Below, piece after piece: positions 1 to 9,206 of a DNA stretch of 64,000 nucleotides. Under the pieces are notes generated by a model, which ran no database searches, was not told the origin of the DNA, and was given only the letters and a program-made list of their open reading frames with translations. The DNA comes from a candidate division WWE3 bacterium RAAC2_WWE3_1 (GTDB lineage: Bacteria > Patescibacteriota > WWE3 > UBA101185 > UBA10185): contig CP006914.1 of the NCBI GenBank assembly GCA_000503835.1, forward strand, positions 465,680-529,679, written 5' to 3'. The stretch's first letter is position 1. Each line of letters starts with the position of its first letter. The translations under genes and the position numbers were made by a program.

Positions 1-350
1 TCGAATATTCTAAATATTGACCAGCGTCTCTTATCCGAAAAATAAAAGGGCGGGAGAAACGCGCCAAGCAGTACCAAAAAGCTCACAATAATCTCGTAAT
101 TTACCGATAAAATGGGGTTGTTAGGCCTATAGATACGCAGGTAGGTATAAAGTAATCCGAAAAGGTAGTAGGACAGTGCCGCAGATACTGTCGAGACAAC
201 GACGAGGTCAAAAAACCGTTCGTCGTCGAAGCCGTCCTTGCGCGCTTCATACCACATAACGAAAATCCAAAATACGAAGCCTATCACCAGAACAAGATAC
301 ATTGTGGGGACACGAACAAGGCCGAAATTAATAATTTCCGATAACAGCAT
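1..350 (-). CDS. Lgt-like membrane protein (prolipoprotein diacylglyceryl transferase family), runs off the window edge
   Basis: Read manually on the minus strand from ATG at 350: MLLSEIINFGLVRVPTMYLVLVIGFVFWIFVMWYEARKDGFDDERFFDLVVVS... It is multi-TM with an N-terminus patterned like Lgt, and lies directly downstream of efp. Confidence 0.5.
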   Translation of the reverse strand, partial: MLLSEIINFGLVRVPTMYLVLVIGFVFWIFVMWYEARKDGFDDERFFDLVVVSTVSAALSYYLFGLLYTYLRIYRPNNPILSVNYEIIVSFLVLLGAFLPPFYFSDKRRWSIFRIF

Positions 351-352
351 CT

Positions 353-904
353 TTAGGCTTTAGAAATGTACTCCCCGGAACGGGTATCTACTTTTATTTT
401 ATCCCCTATTTTTATAAATATAGGAACTTTGACAACAGTGCCGTTAGTTAGGATTGCCTCTTTCTGAACATTAGTAACAGTGTTGCCCTTGTAACCCGGC
501 TCTGTGTAACCTACTTCGAATATCAGAGATGCCGGAAGATCCACCGATATTGGCCTGTCATCAAAATATTGAACTATCGCTTTTTCTCCTTCGATCAGAA
601 AATCGGTCAATCTGCCGAGAATATCTTTGGGTATGCTAAATTGTTCAAAAGTCGTCGGATCCATAAAAACGTAACTACCGTCGTTGTATAAATATTGGGC
701 GGTTTTAGTCTGAACGTCGGCGTCCTCGACTTTCGCCGTAGCAATATATCCCTTGTCCAGCACCTGTCCTGTAATAAGATTTCTCACCCTTACTTTTACA
801 TTCGCACTTCCGCGGCTGACTTTTATGTGCTCATATTTTATGACCTGCAAAGGCTGTCCGTTCTCCTGATATATTTTCCCTGTTTTTAGATCGGTCGCTA
901 TCAT
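353..904 (-). CDS. efp: Elongation factor P
   Basis: MIATDLKTG...KVSRGSANVKVRVRNL...TEPGYKGNT...VKVPIFIKIGDKIKVDTRSGEY. The true start is 904; the longer ORF to 1117 reads through a tRNA. Confidence 0.95.
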   Translation of the reverse strand: MIATDLKTGKIYQENGQPLQVIKYEHIKVSRGSANVKVRVRNLITGQVLDKGYIATAKVEDADVQTKTAQYLYNDGSYVFMDPTTFEQFSIPKDILGRLTDFLIEGEKAIVQYFDDRPISVDLPASLIFEVGYTEPGYKGNTVTNVQKEAILTNGTVVKVPIFIKIGDKIKVDTRSGEYISKA

Positions 905-910
905 AGTTTT

Positions 911-997
911 TGGTGCCGTGGGAGAGAGTCGAACTCTCACGGGATCAGATCCCAGTGGTTTTTGAGACCACCGCGTATACCATTCCGCCACCACGGC
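911..997 (-). tRNA. tRNA-Leu(CAA)
   Basis: GCCGTGG acceptor paired with CCACGGC-ACCA, anticodon loop CTCAAAA, long variable arm, GTTCGA T-loop, encoded CCA. Confidence 0.95.
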
Positions 998-1140
998 ATG
1001 AAACCGCCACTTCCGGCCGGCGAGTGGAATAAGAGGAAGCGCAGGCGCTCCGGCGCCGGACAAGCTCTTCTTCCGCCACGACCGCTTAAAACCGGTACCG
1101 CCCATTGCGTGGAACACACGTCAAATAGGCCCCGAACCGC
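998..1140 (-). ncRNA. Unassigned GC-rich structured RNA/leader upstream of tRNA-Leu
   Basis: Much more GC-rich than its flanks, with two long hairpins (GCCTATTTG/CAATGGGC and GTGGCGGAAGAAGAGC/GCTTCCTCTTATTCCAC). An extended -10 (TGATAGAAT) lies at about 1144-1152. Confidence 0.4.
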
Positions 1141-1184
1141 TCAATTCTATCAACTTTATACATCAATTTAAAGACAAAAGGAAG

Positions 1185-2546
1185 TTATTCCTGAGTGTGA
1201 GATTCGACCTCAAAGAACCTTGTAAATTCAGATTTAAAGAACAAATCGTACTCCCCTGTGGCACCGTTCCTGTGCTTGGCAATATTAAGCTTGAGGTTAG
1301 TCCTGTCTTCCTCGTTGGGCCTGTACAAGAACATGACGACGTCGGCATCCTGCTCTATTGAACCCGAATCACGAAGGTCCGACAATTGAGGTTTTTTGTC
1401 TCCGCCCCTCTGCTCCACTGCTCTCGACAGCTGGGAAAGAGCCAAAACCGGAACCTTAAGCTCGCGGGCGAGGTTCTTTAAGCCCTGGGAGATCTCGGAT
1501 ACTTCCTGCACCCGGCTTTCGGCCTTGGGAGCCCTTATGAGCTGCAGATAATCAACTATTATCAGGTCGATCTTCTGCTCAAGCATTAGTCTTCGGGCTT
1601 TTGTACGCATTTCGAGCAGTCCTATTCCTGCTGTGTCGTCGACAAATATATTAGCTTCGGCCAGTTCACCCGCTGCGACACCATATTTTTCAAAATCTTC
1701 GTCGTCAAGATTGCCTGTGGCAATTTTCCAGTTGTCGATGCCTGCCTGAGCCGATATCATCCTGTCCACAAGCATTTCCCGCCCCATCTCCAGTGAAAAT
1801 ATTCCTATACCGCATTTTTTCTCGACAGAAGCATACTGCGCGATGTTCAGTGCAAGCGAAGTTTTACCGACAGAAGGCCGAGCGGCTAAAATAATCAGAT
1901 TTTCTTTTTGCAGACCGGACAGCAACCTATCCAAATTCTTGAGTCCTGTCGGTACGCCTCTCAGCGCCCCCCTGTTTTTGCTCAGCTCATCAAGCCTTTC
2001 AAAAGTAATCTCCAGGGTATCTTTAAGGGGTATAAAATCCTGGTACATCGCGTCCTGGGAAACTGAGTAAACTAATTGCTCGGCTCTGTCCAAAACCTCC
2101 GCTACTTCGCCTTCGTCAAAAGCCAGTTCTCCTATCTCAGCGGACGCGGAAATCAACGATCTTTTGATATAGTCATTTTTTATAAGCTTTGCATACGCCT
2201 CGATATTAGCGGCGGTGGGAACTGAATTCACAAGCTCGGTCAGATAAGAGACTCCGCCTACCGGAACAAGGAGATTTCTTCTCTTAAGTTCGCTGGGTAC
2301 CGTAATAAGATCTGCCGGTTCTCTCTTTTCGAACAACGTGAGTATTGCTTCATAAATATTTTGATGGTTTTCACGGTAAAAATGATGAGGTCTTAGGAAT
2401 TCAACCACCTTAACTATGGCGTCTTTATCCAATAAAAGAGCGCCGAGCACCGATTTCTCAGCCTGCTCGTCATGCGGAGGGACGTGTGCGCTCTGCTGCG
2501 TTACCCGCGCTCTTTCTTTTTGGTCTTTAATTCTTCTGGCGGACAT
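1185..2546 (-). CDS. dnaB: Replicative DNA helicase
   Basis: PPHDEQAEKSVLG N-terminus, AARPSVGKT Walker A, IVDYLQL, SQLSRAVEQR, DLRDSGSIEQDAD, AKHRNG. Confidence 0.98.
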   Translation of the reverse strand: MSARRIKDQKERARVTQQSAHVPPHDEQAEKSVLGALLLDKDAIVKVVEFLRPHHFYRENHQNIYEAILTLFEKREPADLITVPSELKRRNLLVPVGGVSYLTELVNSVPTAANIEAYAKLIKNDYIKRSLISASAEIGELAFDEGEVAEVLDRAEQLVYSVSQDAMYQDFIPLKDTLEITFERLDELSKNRGALRGVPTGLKNLDRLLSGLQKENLIILAARPSVGKTSLALNIAQYASVEKKCGIGIFSLEMGREMLVDRMISAQAGIDNWKIATGNLDDEDFEKYGVAAGELAEANIFVDDTAGIGLLEMRTKARRLMLEQKIDLIIVDYLQLIRAPKAESRVQEVSEISQGLKNLARELKVPVLALSQLSRAVEQRGGDKKPQLSDLRDSGSIEQDADVVMFLYRPNEEDRTNLKLNIAKHRNGATGEYDLFFKSEFTRFFEVESHTQE

Positions 2547-2551
2547 TTTAT

Positions 2552-3202
2552 TTAGTGGGCAGGTTTAAGTATAACCACTTCGGTATCTTCAGGTATATCA
2601 CTTCCGGATGATATTTTAAGCTTTTCTTCTTTTTTGATGTTGTTCTCCACCCCCATCTCATCCATGAACTTGTCTATTCCCTGCAGTTCGTCAAAACCAA
2701 CAAGATCGTCGGTCTTGTAATGCATTGGCAGAACAATCCCCGGTTCTAAGGATGAAATAACTTCGGCAGCGGTTTCCGCATTTATAGTATAGGTACCGCC
2801 TATAGGTATCATTAGCACATCGACCTTGGCTACTTTTTCCAATGTGTCGGTGCTGAGCTCATGTCCCAGATCACCGAGGTGCATTAATGTAAATCCGTCG
2901 ATATCTATTACGTACATAGTCTGAGATCCTCTTTCTCCTCCTTTTTTGTCGTCATGAAATGTGGGAATCCCGTATATAAATGCCCCGTTAACTTCGTATT
3001 CTCCCGGTCCGTCTATTAACAATTTGTAGCCGGAAACGCCCGCAATGTTATGGTGGTCAAAATGATCGTGGGTAGCCAGCAAAAGATCGGCTTCCATCTT
3101 AGGAAGTTTGTAGCCTATTTTGGAGTCATAGGGGTCTATTACGATGGTGAGCTCTTTTCCCTTTATCTTAAAGCATGAGTGTCCGATGTACGTAATTTCC
3201 AT
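2552..3202 (-). CDS. Metallo-beta-lactamase-fold hydrolase
   Basis: ITYIGHSCF, THDHFDH, HLGDLG, PMHY motifs. Confidence 0.9.
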   Translation of the reverse strand: MEITYIGHSCFKIKGKELTIVIDPYDSKIGYKLPKMEADLLLATHDHFDHHNIAGVSGYKLLIDGPGEYEVNGAFIYGIPTFHDDKKGGERGSQTMYVIDIDGFTLMHLGDLGHELSTDTLEKVAKVDVLMIPIGGTYTINAETAAEVISSLEPGIVLPMHYKTDDLVGFDELQGIDKFMDEMGVENNIKKEEKLKISSGSDIPEDTEVVILKPAH

Positions 3203-3324
3203 GGCTTACATCATATCAATTAAATCATTTTAAGAAAAGGCAGAGTATTTCCTTTTACAACGCTTGGGAAGGTTTGGAGCCGGGTGTTCTGTTAAAAGTG
3301 AAAGTATCATATAATCTTTTATGT

Positions 3325-4335
3325 ATGCCCAAAAAACTGCTGCCGGGAATAATAAACGACAATTTTATAAAAGTGCAGGCGGCTTTTCTTGGAGCAAATC
3401 TTATATGGGGAGCGGCCGGTGCCGTTATAAAGTACACGCTCGAATACATACCGCCTTTTACCTTTCTATACCTGCGTTTTTTGATAGTTTGCGTGATAGT
3501 TCTACCGATTACTATCTACCAATTAAAAAAAGAGCCCATACGTAAGGCCGATTACCTGAATTTTTTTCTCCTCGGACTTTTCTCGCAAACTTCACTGATC
3601 TTACCCTTTGTGGCCTTGAAATTTACCTCGGTCCTCGATTACACGATTATAGGTGTTATGGCATCGGTTTTAACTGTGTACGCAGGACATTATTTCTACA
3701 AAGATAGGATAAATAAAGGTATGAAGACAGGTCTGGTTCTGGCAAGTCTTGGTACCATACTGATAGTTTTGGAACCCATGCTTTGGGGCAACAGCGGTGC
3801 CGGCAAGGTATCGGACCGGATACTGGGCAATGTTCTCGGACTTTTCTACGCATTGACGTGGGTAATTTATGTAATATGGGCCAAATTCAGTATGGGCGGA
3901 AAATCTGGCGCACTCAAGAAAACCCTGAGTTTTATCAATATCAAACCCATGTCCGGAAAATACTCAGCCGCTACTGTCGTACTGCTCTCTTTTTATGTAG
4001 GTCTGTTTACGCTGGTGCCTTTAGCGGTATTTGAGAACTTAAATATGGGCGGCGAAAGTAATTTCACTCTTTTAAGTATAGACATTAACGGGGTGGTCGG
4101 CCTGCTGTACATGGCTGTGTTCTCATCGATAGTGGCATACTGGCTGAACCACTGGGGTCTGGAAAACGCAAAGGTGTCGGATTTTGCCATTTTCGGCTAT
4201 CTGGCGCCTGTTTTTGCTCTTCCCTTTGCTTACCTGATATTAGGCGAACTGCCCAACACATTAATGCTCGTGGGAACCGTCTTTATCGCCGCCGGGGTTG
4301 TGGTTGCTGAGAAAAACAATCGGCACGAAAGTTAA
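3325..4335 (+). CDS. DMT/EamA family transporter
   Basis: About 10 TM segments, IWGAAGAVIK, YLRFLI, YLAPVFA...LGE. Start MPKK placed after a TATAAT box. Confidence 0.88.
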   Translation: MPKKLLPGIINDNFIKVQAAFLGANLIWGAAGAVIKYTLEYIPPFTFLYLRFLIVCVIVLPITIYQLKKEPIRKADYLNFFLLGLFSQTSLILPFVALKFTSVLDYTIIGVMASVLTVYAGHYFYKDRINKGMKTGLVLASLGTILIVLEPMLWGNSGAGKVSDRILGNVLGLFYALTWVIYVIWAKFSMGGKSGALKKTLSFINIKPMSGKYSAATVVLLSFYVGLFTLVPLAVFENLNMGGESNFTLLSIDINGVVGLLYMAVFSSIVAYWLNHWGLENAKVSDFAIFGYLAPVFALPFAYLILGELPNTLMLVGTVFIAAGVVVAEKNNRHES

Positions 4336-4389
4336 AGGTACCGGCCGGACTTGTAGACATTAAAAAATATTGATATACTCGTTACCGCT

Positions 4390-4716
4390 ATGAAAAAGGG
4401 AATTCATCCAAAAGTTAATAACGAATGCGTCGTAACCTGCGCCTGCGGTAATACTTTTACGACAATGTCTACCTTGCCGTCCATTTCCGTGGAAATCTGC
4501 GGCGCCTGTCACCCTTTTTACACCGGCCAAAGAAGATTTGTCGACACTGAAAAAAGAATCGACAAGTTCAACAGGAAGATGATATTGGCAGAGGAAAAGA
4601 AAAAAGCTGCCGACAAAATAAAAATTTCTAAAAAGATCCAGAAAAAGGCCCCCGGCTCAAAAGATATGAGCGTAAAAGAAATGCTCGAGCATATCAAAAA
4701 AGAAGAAGGTCAGTAG
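4390..4716 (+). CDS. rpmE: 50S ribosomal protein L31 with C-terminal extension
   Basis: MKKGIHP, CACGN, CGACHPFYTG. Confidence 0.97.
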   Translation: MKKGIHPKVNNECVVTCACGNTFTTMSTLPSISVEICGACHPFYTGQRRFVDTEKRIDKFNRKMILAEEKKKAADKIKISKKIQKKAPGSKDMSVKEMLEHIKKEEGQ

Positions 4717-4812
4717 ATCAATCCCGGAAGACCGTGTTTCCAAGCTTTATTTATGCCCCCGGGAACCGAGCCTCTTCAACAATCCCCAAGTATCTGAAAT
4801 AATGAAACTACC

Positions 4813-5757
4813 ATGGACTACTTCAACAGTTACATCAAAAATGAAATAGAAAAGATCGACACCCTAATAAAAGAGCACGAAGAAATGAAGAAAAACGCCG
4901 AAGGGGAGATGTTACAGCTCATCGAAGAGGAAATATCAAAACTGGCAGACCAGAAAAGACAGCTGGAAACTCCGCGAACCGCCGGGGAGGAAGATGCCCA
5001 GGAGGAAAGCGCCGATAACGGAAATATAAACCCTAATGTGGTTACCCTGGAAATAAGATCGGGTACCGGGGGTAACGAGGCGGGGCTTTTCGCGCGCGAC
5101 CTTTTTAGAATGTACGAACGTTTTGCGGAAAAAAAGAACTGGAAAATTATTGAAGTATTCAAGTCCGAAAACGAGATCGGGGGCATAAAGACAATCTCCG
5201 CAGAGGTTCGCGGCACTAATGCCTACGGATTGCTAAGAAACGAGTCCGGTGTTCACAGGGTACAGAGGGTTCCTGCTACCGAATCGGGCGGACGCATACA
5301 CACCTCGACGGCTACTGTGGCGGTACTTCCCAAACTTCAAAAAGTCGAGATAGAGATCCACCCCGACGATCTTGAGTGGGAATTTTTCAGGTCCGGGGGC
5401 AGGGGTGGACAGAACGTAAATAAGGTGTCCACAGCCGTGCGTCTTACCCATAAACCGACCGGCATTATAGTAGAGTGTCAGGAAGAGAGATTTCAGGGCA
5501 AAAACAGGGAAAAAGCGCTCGAAATATTAAGGTCCAGAATTTATACCGAAATGCAGGAACAGCAGGTCAAAAGCATTTCCGATTTGAGAGCGGGACAAGT
5601 TGGCTCGGGCATGAGAAACGAGAAGATTCGCACGTATAACTACCCGCAGAATAGAGTCACGGACCACCGCGTTAATAAATCATGGCACAACATTAGCCTA
5701 ATAATGGACGGTGATATAGAAGATATTCTGGAGTATTTGGACACCGGGCTTAAATAA
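4813..5757 (+). CDS. prfA: Peptide chain release factor 1
   Basis: [14 protein letters not shown] (PxT motif), [21 protein letters not shown]; follows rpmE. Confidence 0.93.
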   Translation: MDYFNSYIKNEIEKIDTLIKEHEEMKKNAEGEMLQLIEEEISKLADQKRQLETPRTAGEEDAQEESADNGNINPNVVTLEIRSGTGGNEAGLFARDLFRMYERFAEKKNWKIIEVFKSENEIGGIKTISAEVRGTNAYGLLRNESGVHRVQRVPATESGGRIHTSTATVAVLPKLQKVEIEIHPDDLEWEFFRSGGRGGQNVNKVSTAVRLTHKPTGIIVECQEERFQGKNREKALEILRSRIYTEMQEQQVKSISDLRAGQVGSGMRNEKIRTYNYPQNRVTDHRVNKSWHNISLIMDGDIEDILEYLDTGLK

Positions 5758-5765
5758 CTTCTTCT

Positions 5766-6944
5766 CTACTGCAAGTTCTCGGGAGCGGCTTCAATCACTG
5801 CGGTGAATAATTCTTCCTTCCCTTCTCTGTCCACGTACAATTTTAATTTGTCCCCCACCTTCATCCCGGCAATAACCTGAGACAAGGAATTTTCTCCGTC
5901 CAGAGACGTTTCATTTATTTTTGTAATAATATCCCCTCTTAAAAGGCCCGCTTTAACGGCAGGAGACCCGGGAGTCACTCTTGAGATGAAGGCGCCTACC
6001 GGCATGCCTCTTATTTCCGCAATCTCGGGTGTAATCATTGTGTAGGTGACCCCAAGATAAGGCCTGACTATACGACCTTCTTTAAGGAATCCATCAAGAA
6101 TAGGAATTAAAGTATTAACGGGAATTGCGAAACTTATATTATCAGCACCGATTGAAGTGGCGACGTTTATTCCGATAACCTGACCCGCTGAATTGACGAG
6201 CGGACCTCCTGAATTACCGGGGTTGAGCGCGGCGTCCGTCTGAATAACATTTTCATATGTTTTTACACCGCCCAAACCGCCCGTAGCCTGCAATTGTCTT
6301 GAAATACCCGAGATAACACCAACCGTAACGGTATTCTGGAATCTGCCCAGCGCATTGCCGATAGCAATTGCCATCTGCCCCACTTTGAGATTGTCGGAAT
6401 CGGCAAACTCCACCGTCGGAAGATTGCGGGCGGAAATTTCTATAATGGCAAGATCCGAAGGTTCATCTAAGTTTATCCTGTTCACCTCGTATGTCTTGCC
6501 GTCCTTGGTCACAACGGTATATTCACCGCTCGGGTCGTCAACAACGTGGCTGTTGGTAACGATCAGTCCGTTGCGGTCTACTATAAATCCTGTCCCGATA
6601 CCCTGATCGCTGGTCGTCGGCCCGCTGAAAAAATCAAAGTTCACCGTCTTAACAACTATTGAAACAACAGCCGGGGAGGTCTTATCCACGGCATCGATAA
6701 CCGTAGATTCCTCGTTCACGACCTGTTGGCGTGTAACTACTTTGGGGGAAGAATAGCGCGAACCGTCCTTTTTAAAAATATTGAGGAACTTTTCTGAAAG
6801 AGATGACAGCAGTTCGGAATCAGCCAAACCTGCTCTGTTAAGTAAGGCTCTCTCGCCGTTATACCTGTCGTCAAGTATTAAAAGAATAGAAATAAAGAAT
6901 ATAAGCCAAACGATTCCGATCAATGTTCTTGAAGGTTTTTTCAT
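5766..6944 (-). CDS. HtrA/DegP-like serine protease with PDZ domain
   Basis: N-terminal TM, TNSHVV, DLA, QTDAALNPGNSGGPL, C-terminal PDZ. Confidence 0.95.
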   Translation of the reverse strand: MKKPSRTLIGIVWLIFFISILLILDDRYNGERALLNRAGLADSELLSSLSEKFLNIFKKDGSRYSSPKVVTRQQVVNEESTVIDAVDKTSPAVVSIVVKTVNFDFFSGPTTSDQGIGTGFIVDRNGLIVTNSHVVDDPSGEYTVVTKDGKTYEVNRINLDEPSDLAIIEISARNLPTVEFADSDNLKVGQMAIAIGNALGRFQNTVTVGVISGISRQLQATGGLGGVKTYENVIQTDAALNPGNSGGPLVNSAGQVIGINVATSIGADNISFAIPVNTLIPILDGFLKEGRIVRPYLGVTYTMITPEIAEIRGMPVGAFISRVTPGSPAVKAGLLRGDIITKINETSLDGENSLSQVIAGMKVGDKLKLYVDREGKEELFTAVIEAAPENLQ

Positions 6945-6976
6945 AGCAATTTCCTCCTTGCTGAACCTGAATTTTA

Positions 6977-8194
6977 CTACAGCTCATTAGCCATCTCAAG
7001 AGCGGCATCCAGCTGGGGATCTTTTAAGTCTTTTATGTCCTGCTCCGTTACTTCTACCACCACATCAGGCTCTATGCCGACCTTGTGAACCCATACCTTG
7101 TCGGGGGTAAGCCACTTTGCGATCGTTATATGCACTCCCGAACCGTCATCGAAATCCCGGGCGTCTTGTATAGTCCCTTTCCCGAACGATTTTGTTCCGA
7201 TAAGTTTCGCGTTAACCTGTGATTTCAGGGCAGCCGCGAGAATCTCTGAAGCAGAAGCACTGCCCCCGTCTATCAGCACATACACTCTGGGAACATCTTT
7301 AAAACTTCCTGCTGCATCAGAATTTAACGGGGTCTGATTTCCGGTGGCATCTTCCTGGTACAACACGGGCTTTCCTCCGAAAAATTCACTTGAAATATGG
7401 GCGGCGGACAGCAAATATCCCCCGGGATTGCCTCTCACATCTATTATTATCGAGTCCAGCTCCCTCATACCTACGGCGATTTCATTGACAGCGGTGTCCC
7501 ATTCTTTATTGGTCTCCCCTCCGAACCTGCTAATCCTAATGTAAGCTGTACCTTCGCCCATATCTTTCCAGCTCACGCTGGCAATCCTGATAATGTCTCT
7601 GCGTAAAGAAATTTCGCGCGGGGCATCGTTTCCGGTCTGAATTGTTAATTTCACTTCCGTGCCGGCATTTCCTCTTATTTTCGCGACTGCTTCCGTGATA
7701 CTCATCCCGATCGTCATTTCGTCTTCTATCGATAATATTTTGTCTCCGGGGAGCAGTCCTGCGGCCTTGGCAGGCGAACCGTCCAAAGGAGAGACAATGA
7801 TAAGCTGATTATCTTTCTGTCCCAGCTCAGCCCCGATACCCTGATACTTTCCGTCCAGCTGTTCGTTAAGATTTTTATTGATCACGGGAGGTAAAAAAGA
7901 GGTGTAGGGGTCGCCCAGAGACGAGACCATCCCCTGTATAGCGCCGTAAAGCATTTTTTCTGCATCGACCGGCCTTTCGAGATAATCCTTGCTCACAATG
8001 TCCCAGACTTCCCAGAATAATGAAAAATCCACTTCCCTACTCCCCGGATATTGGTTCTTAATTTCAATTTTCGGAGGATTCTTCCTTACTTCAAAAATAT
8101 AACCGCTCTTGCCAAAATAATAACCTCCGTAAAAAAAGCCTACGGCTATAAGGATCGTAATTAAAAAACGCTGGAACTTTTCGAAAGGACTCAT
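6977..8194 (-). CDS. S41 C-terminal processing protease (CtpA/Prc-like)
   Basis: LGDPYT, PDZ, DVRGNPGG, SASASEI, GTKSFGKGTIQ, GIEPDV. Confidence 0.95.
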   Translation of the reverse strand: MSPFEKFQRFLITILIAVGFFYGGYYFGKSGYIFEVRKNPPKIEIKNQYPGSREVDFSLFWEVWDIVSKDYLERPVDAEKMLYGAIQGMVSSLGDPYTSFLPPVINKNLNEQLDGKYQGIGAELGQKDNQLIIVSPLDGSPAKAAGLLPGDKILSIEDEMTIGMSITEAVAKIRGNAGTEVKLTIQTGNDAPREISLRRDIIRIASVSWKDMGEGTAYIRISRFGGETNKEWDTAVNEIAVGMRELDSIIIDVRGNPGGYLLSAAHISSEFFGGKPVLYQEDATGNQTPLNSDAAGSFKDVPRVYVLIDGGSASASEILAAALKSQVNAKLIGTKSFGKGTIQDARDFDDGSGVHITIAKWLTPDKVWVHKVGIEPDVVVEVTEQDIKDLKDPQLDAALEMANEL

Positions 8195-8202
8195 AACTTT
8201 TT

Positions 8203-9204
8203 CTATTCGATAATGTAAAAATTCGGCAAATCAATCTCTACCGGACCAAGCTCATTATCAAACCTTACAAATATACTAGATACTGAAACTCTGTCAATTA
8301 CTCCGATCTTTCCGAAATGGGGCTTTTGCAATACCTGCACTTTTTGTCCTTTCATCACTTTCTTTATGACCTTGAGCGGAGATTTTTTCTTTTTTGACGG
8401 GACGGTTTCTTCTTCAGTGCCGGACATCGGGATACGCAGAACCCCCAAATCTCCGTGGAAAAACACATGTCTGTACGCCACGGAATTGAGCAACTTATAA
8501 ATGAAATCGGGGGTTTCCAGCCTGCCGAAGCCGGACAACACCCCAAGACCCATGTTCACGGATTTTGCAAAGGAAAAGCCCGTAGGATCGGCGCTTCCGG
8601 CTATTATAGCCGAGATCTTCAGATCGTGCGCCTTCTTTATGGTCTCCGTATCGGCGTGGTGACCGATATAAACAATTTTTCCTTCGGTGGTTTTTATAAA
8701 ACTTTCCAGATAGAACTTTTCCAGGATCTCGGTAGGGTTTGGAAAAACCACGAGCTCTCCGAAGGAGAAATTACTCGTACAGGCTACGAGATCGATTTCC
8801 GTTACGGTAGTTTTGATTAAAACAGAGCTTTCGGGAACCACATCACTTACCTCTCCCCACAAACCGGACAAAAGTGTGTATTTCGCCGGCACGTCCTCGA
8901 AGAAATATTCTTCCGAAGAAGCATCAAAACTCATATAGCCGTTCGATTCGGCCTCGATCTTTTTAGTACCAAGTTTTCCCAGTAGGTTGCCTTTTTGAAA
9001 ATAGACCTTTTCCCGCAAAAATTTCACAGGTGCGAACTCTTTCGGAAAGTAAACCGTGTTCGGCGAATACAAACAGTCTCCTAATTTTTGGAAAGGTTCC
9101 AGTTTGTCTCCTTTTTGAACAAATAAGTTACCCTTACTGGGTAAATACCTTTCTACCATAACGGTCTTGTTTTCAACTATTTTTCTAATAATAGGCGCCA
9201 GCAT
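8203..9204 (-). CDS. Conserved hypothetical protein with barrel-sandwich-hybrid-like repeats and a C-terminal KOW-like motif
   Basis: LFVQKGDKLEPFQKLG and KGNLLG...IEAESNG hybrid-like motifs; C-terminal KGQKVQVLQKPHFGKIGVI. Confidence 0.6.
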   Translation of the reverse strand: MLAPIIRKIVENKTVMVERYLPSKGNLFVQKGDKLEPFQKLGDCLYSPNTVYFPKEFAPVKFLREKVYFQKGNLLGKLGTKKIEAESNGYMSFDASSEEYFFEDVPAKYTLLSGLWGEVSDVVPESSVLIKTTVTEIDLVACTSNFSFGELVVFPNPTEILEKFYLESFIKTTEGKIVYIGHHADTETIKKAHDLKISAIIAGSADPTGFSFAKSVNMGLGVLSGFGRLETPDFIYKLLNSVAYRHVFFHGDLGVLRIPMSGTEEETVPSKKKKSPLKVIKKVMKGQKVQVLQKPHFGKIGVIDRVSVSSIFVRFDNELGPVEIDLPNFYIIE

Positions 9205-9206
9205 TG

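Noticed and set aside
1030-1080. SRP (4.5S) RNA call for the GC-rich rod
   Set aside because: The CAGG...GNRA...AGCAG domain IV motif is not present on either strand, so it is left unassigned.
1085-1110. T-box-like GGGCGGTACCG on the minus strand
   Set aside because: It has CGG instead of the required UGGN bulge, no matching antiterminator stem and no stem I.
905-1117. 70-aa N-terminal extension of EF-P in the ORF track
   Set aside because: It reads through tRNA-Leu and the structured RNA; EF-P homology starts at 904.
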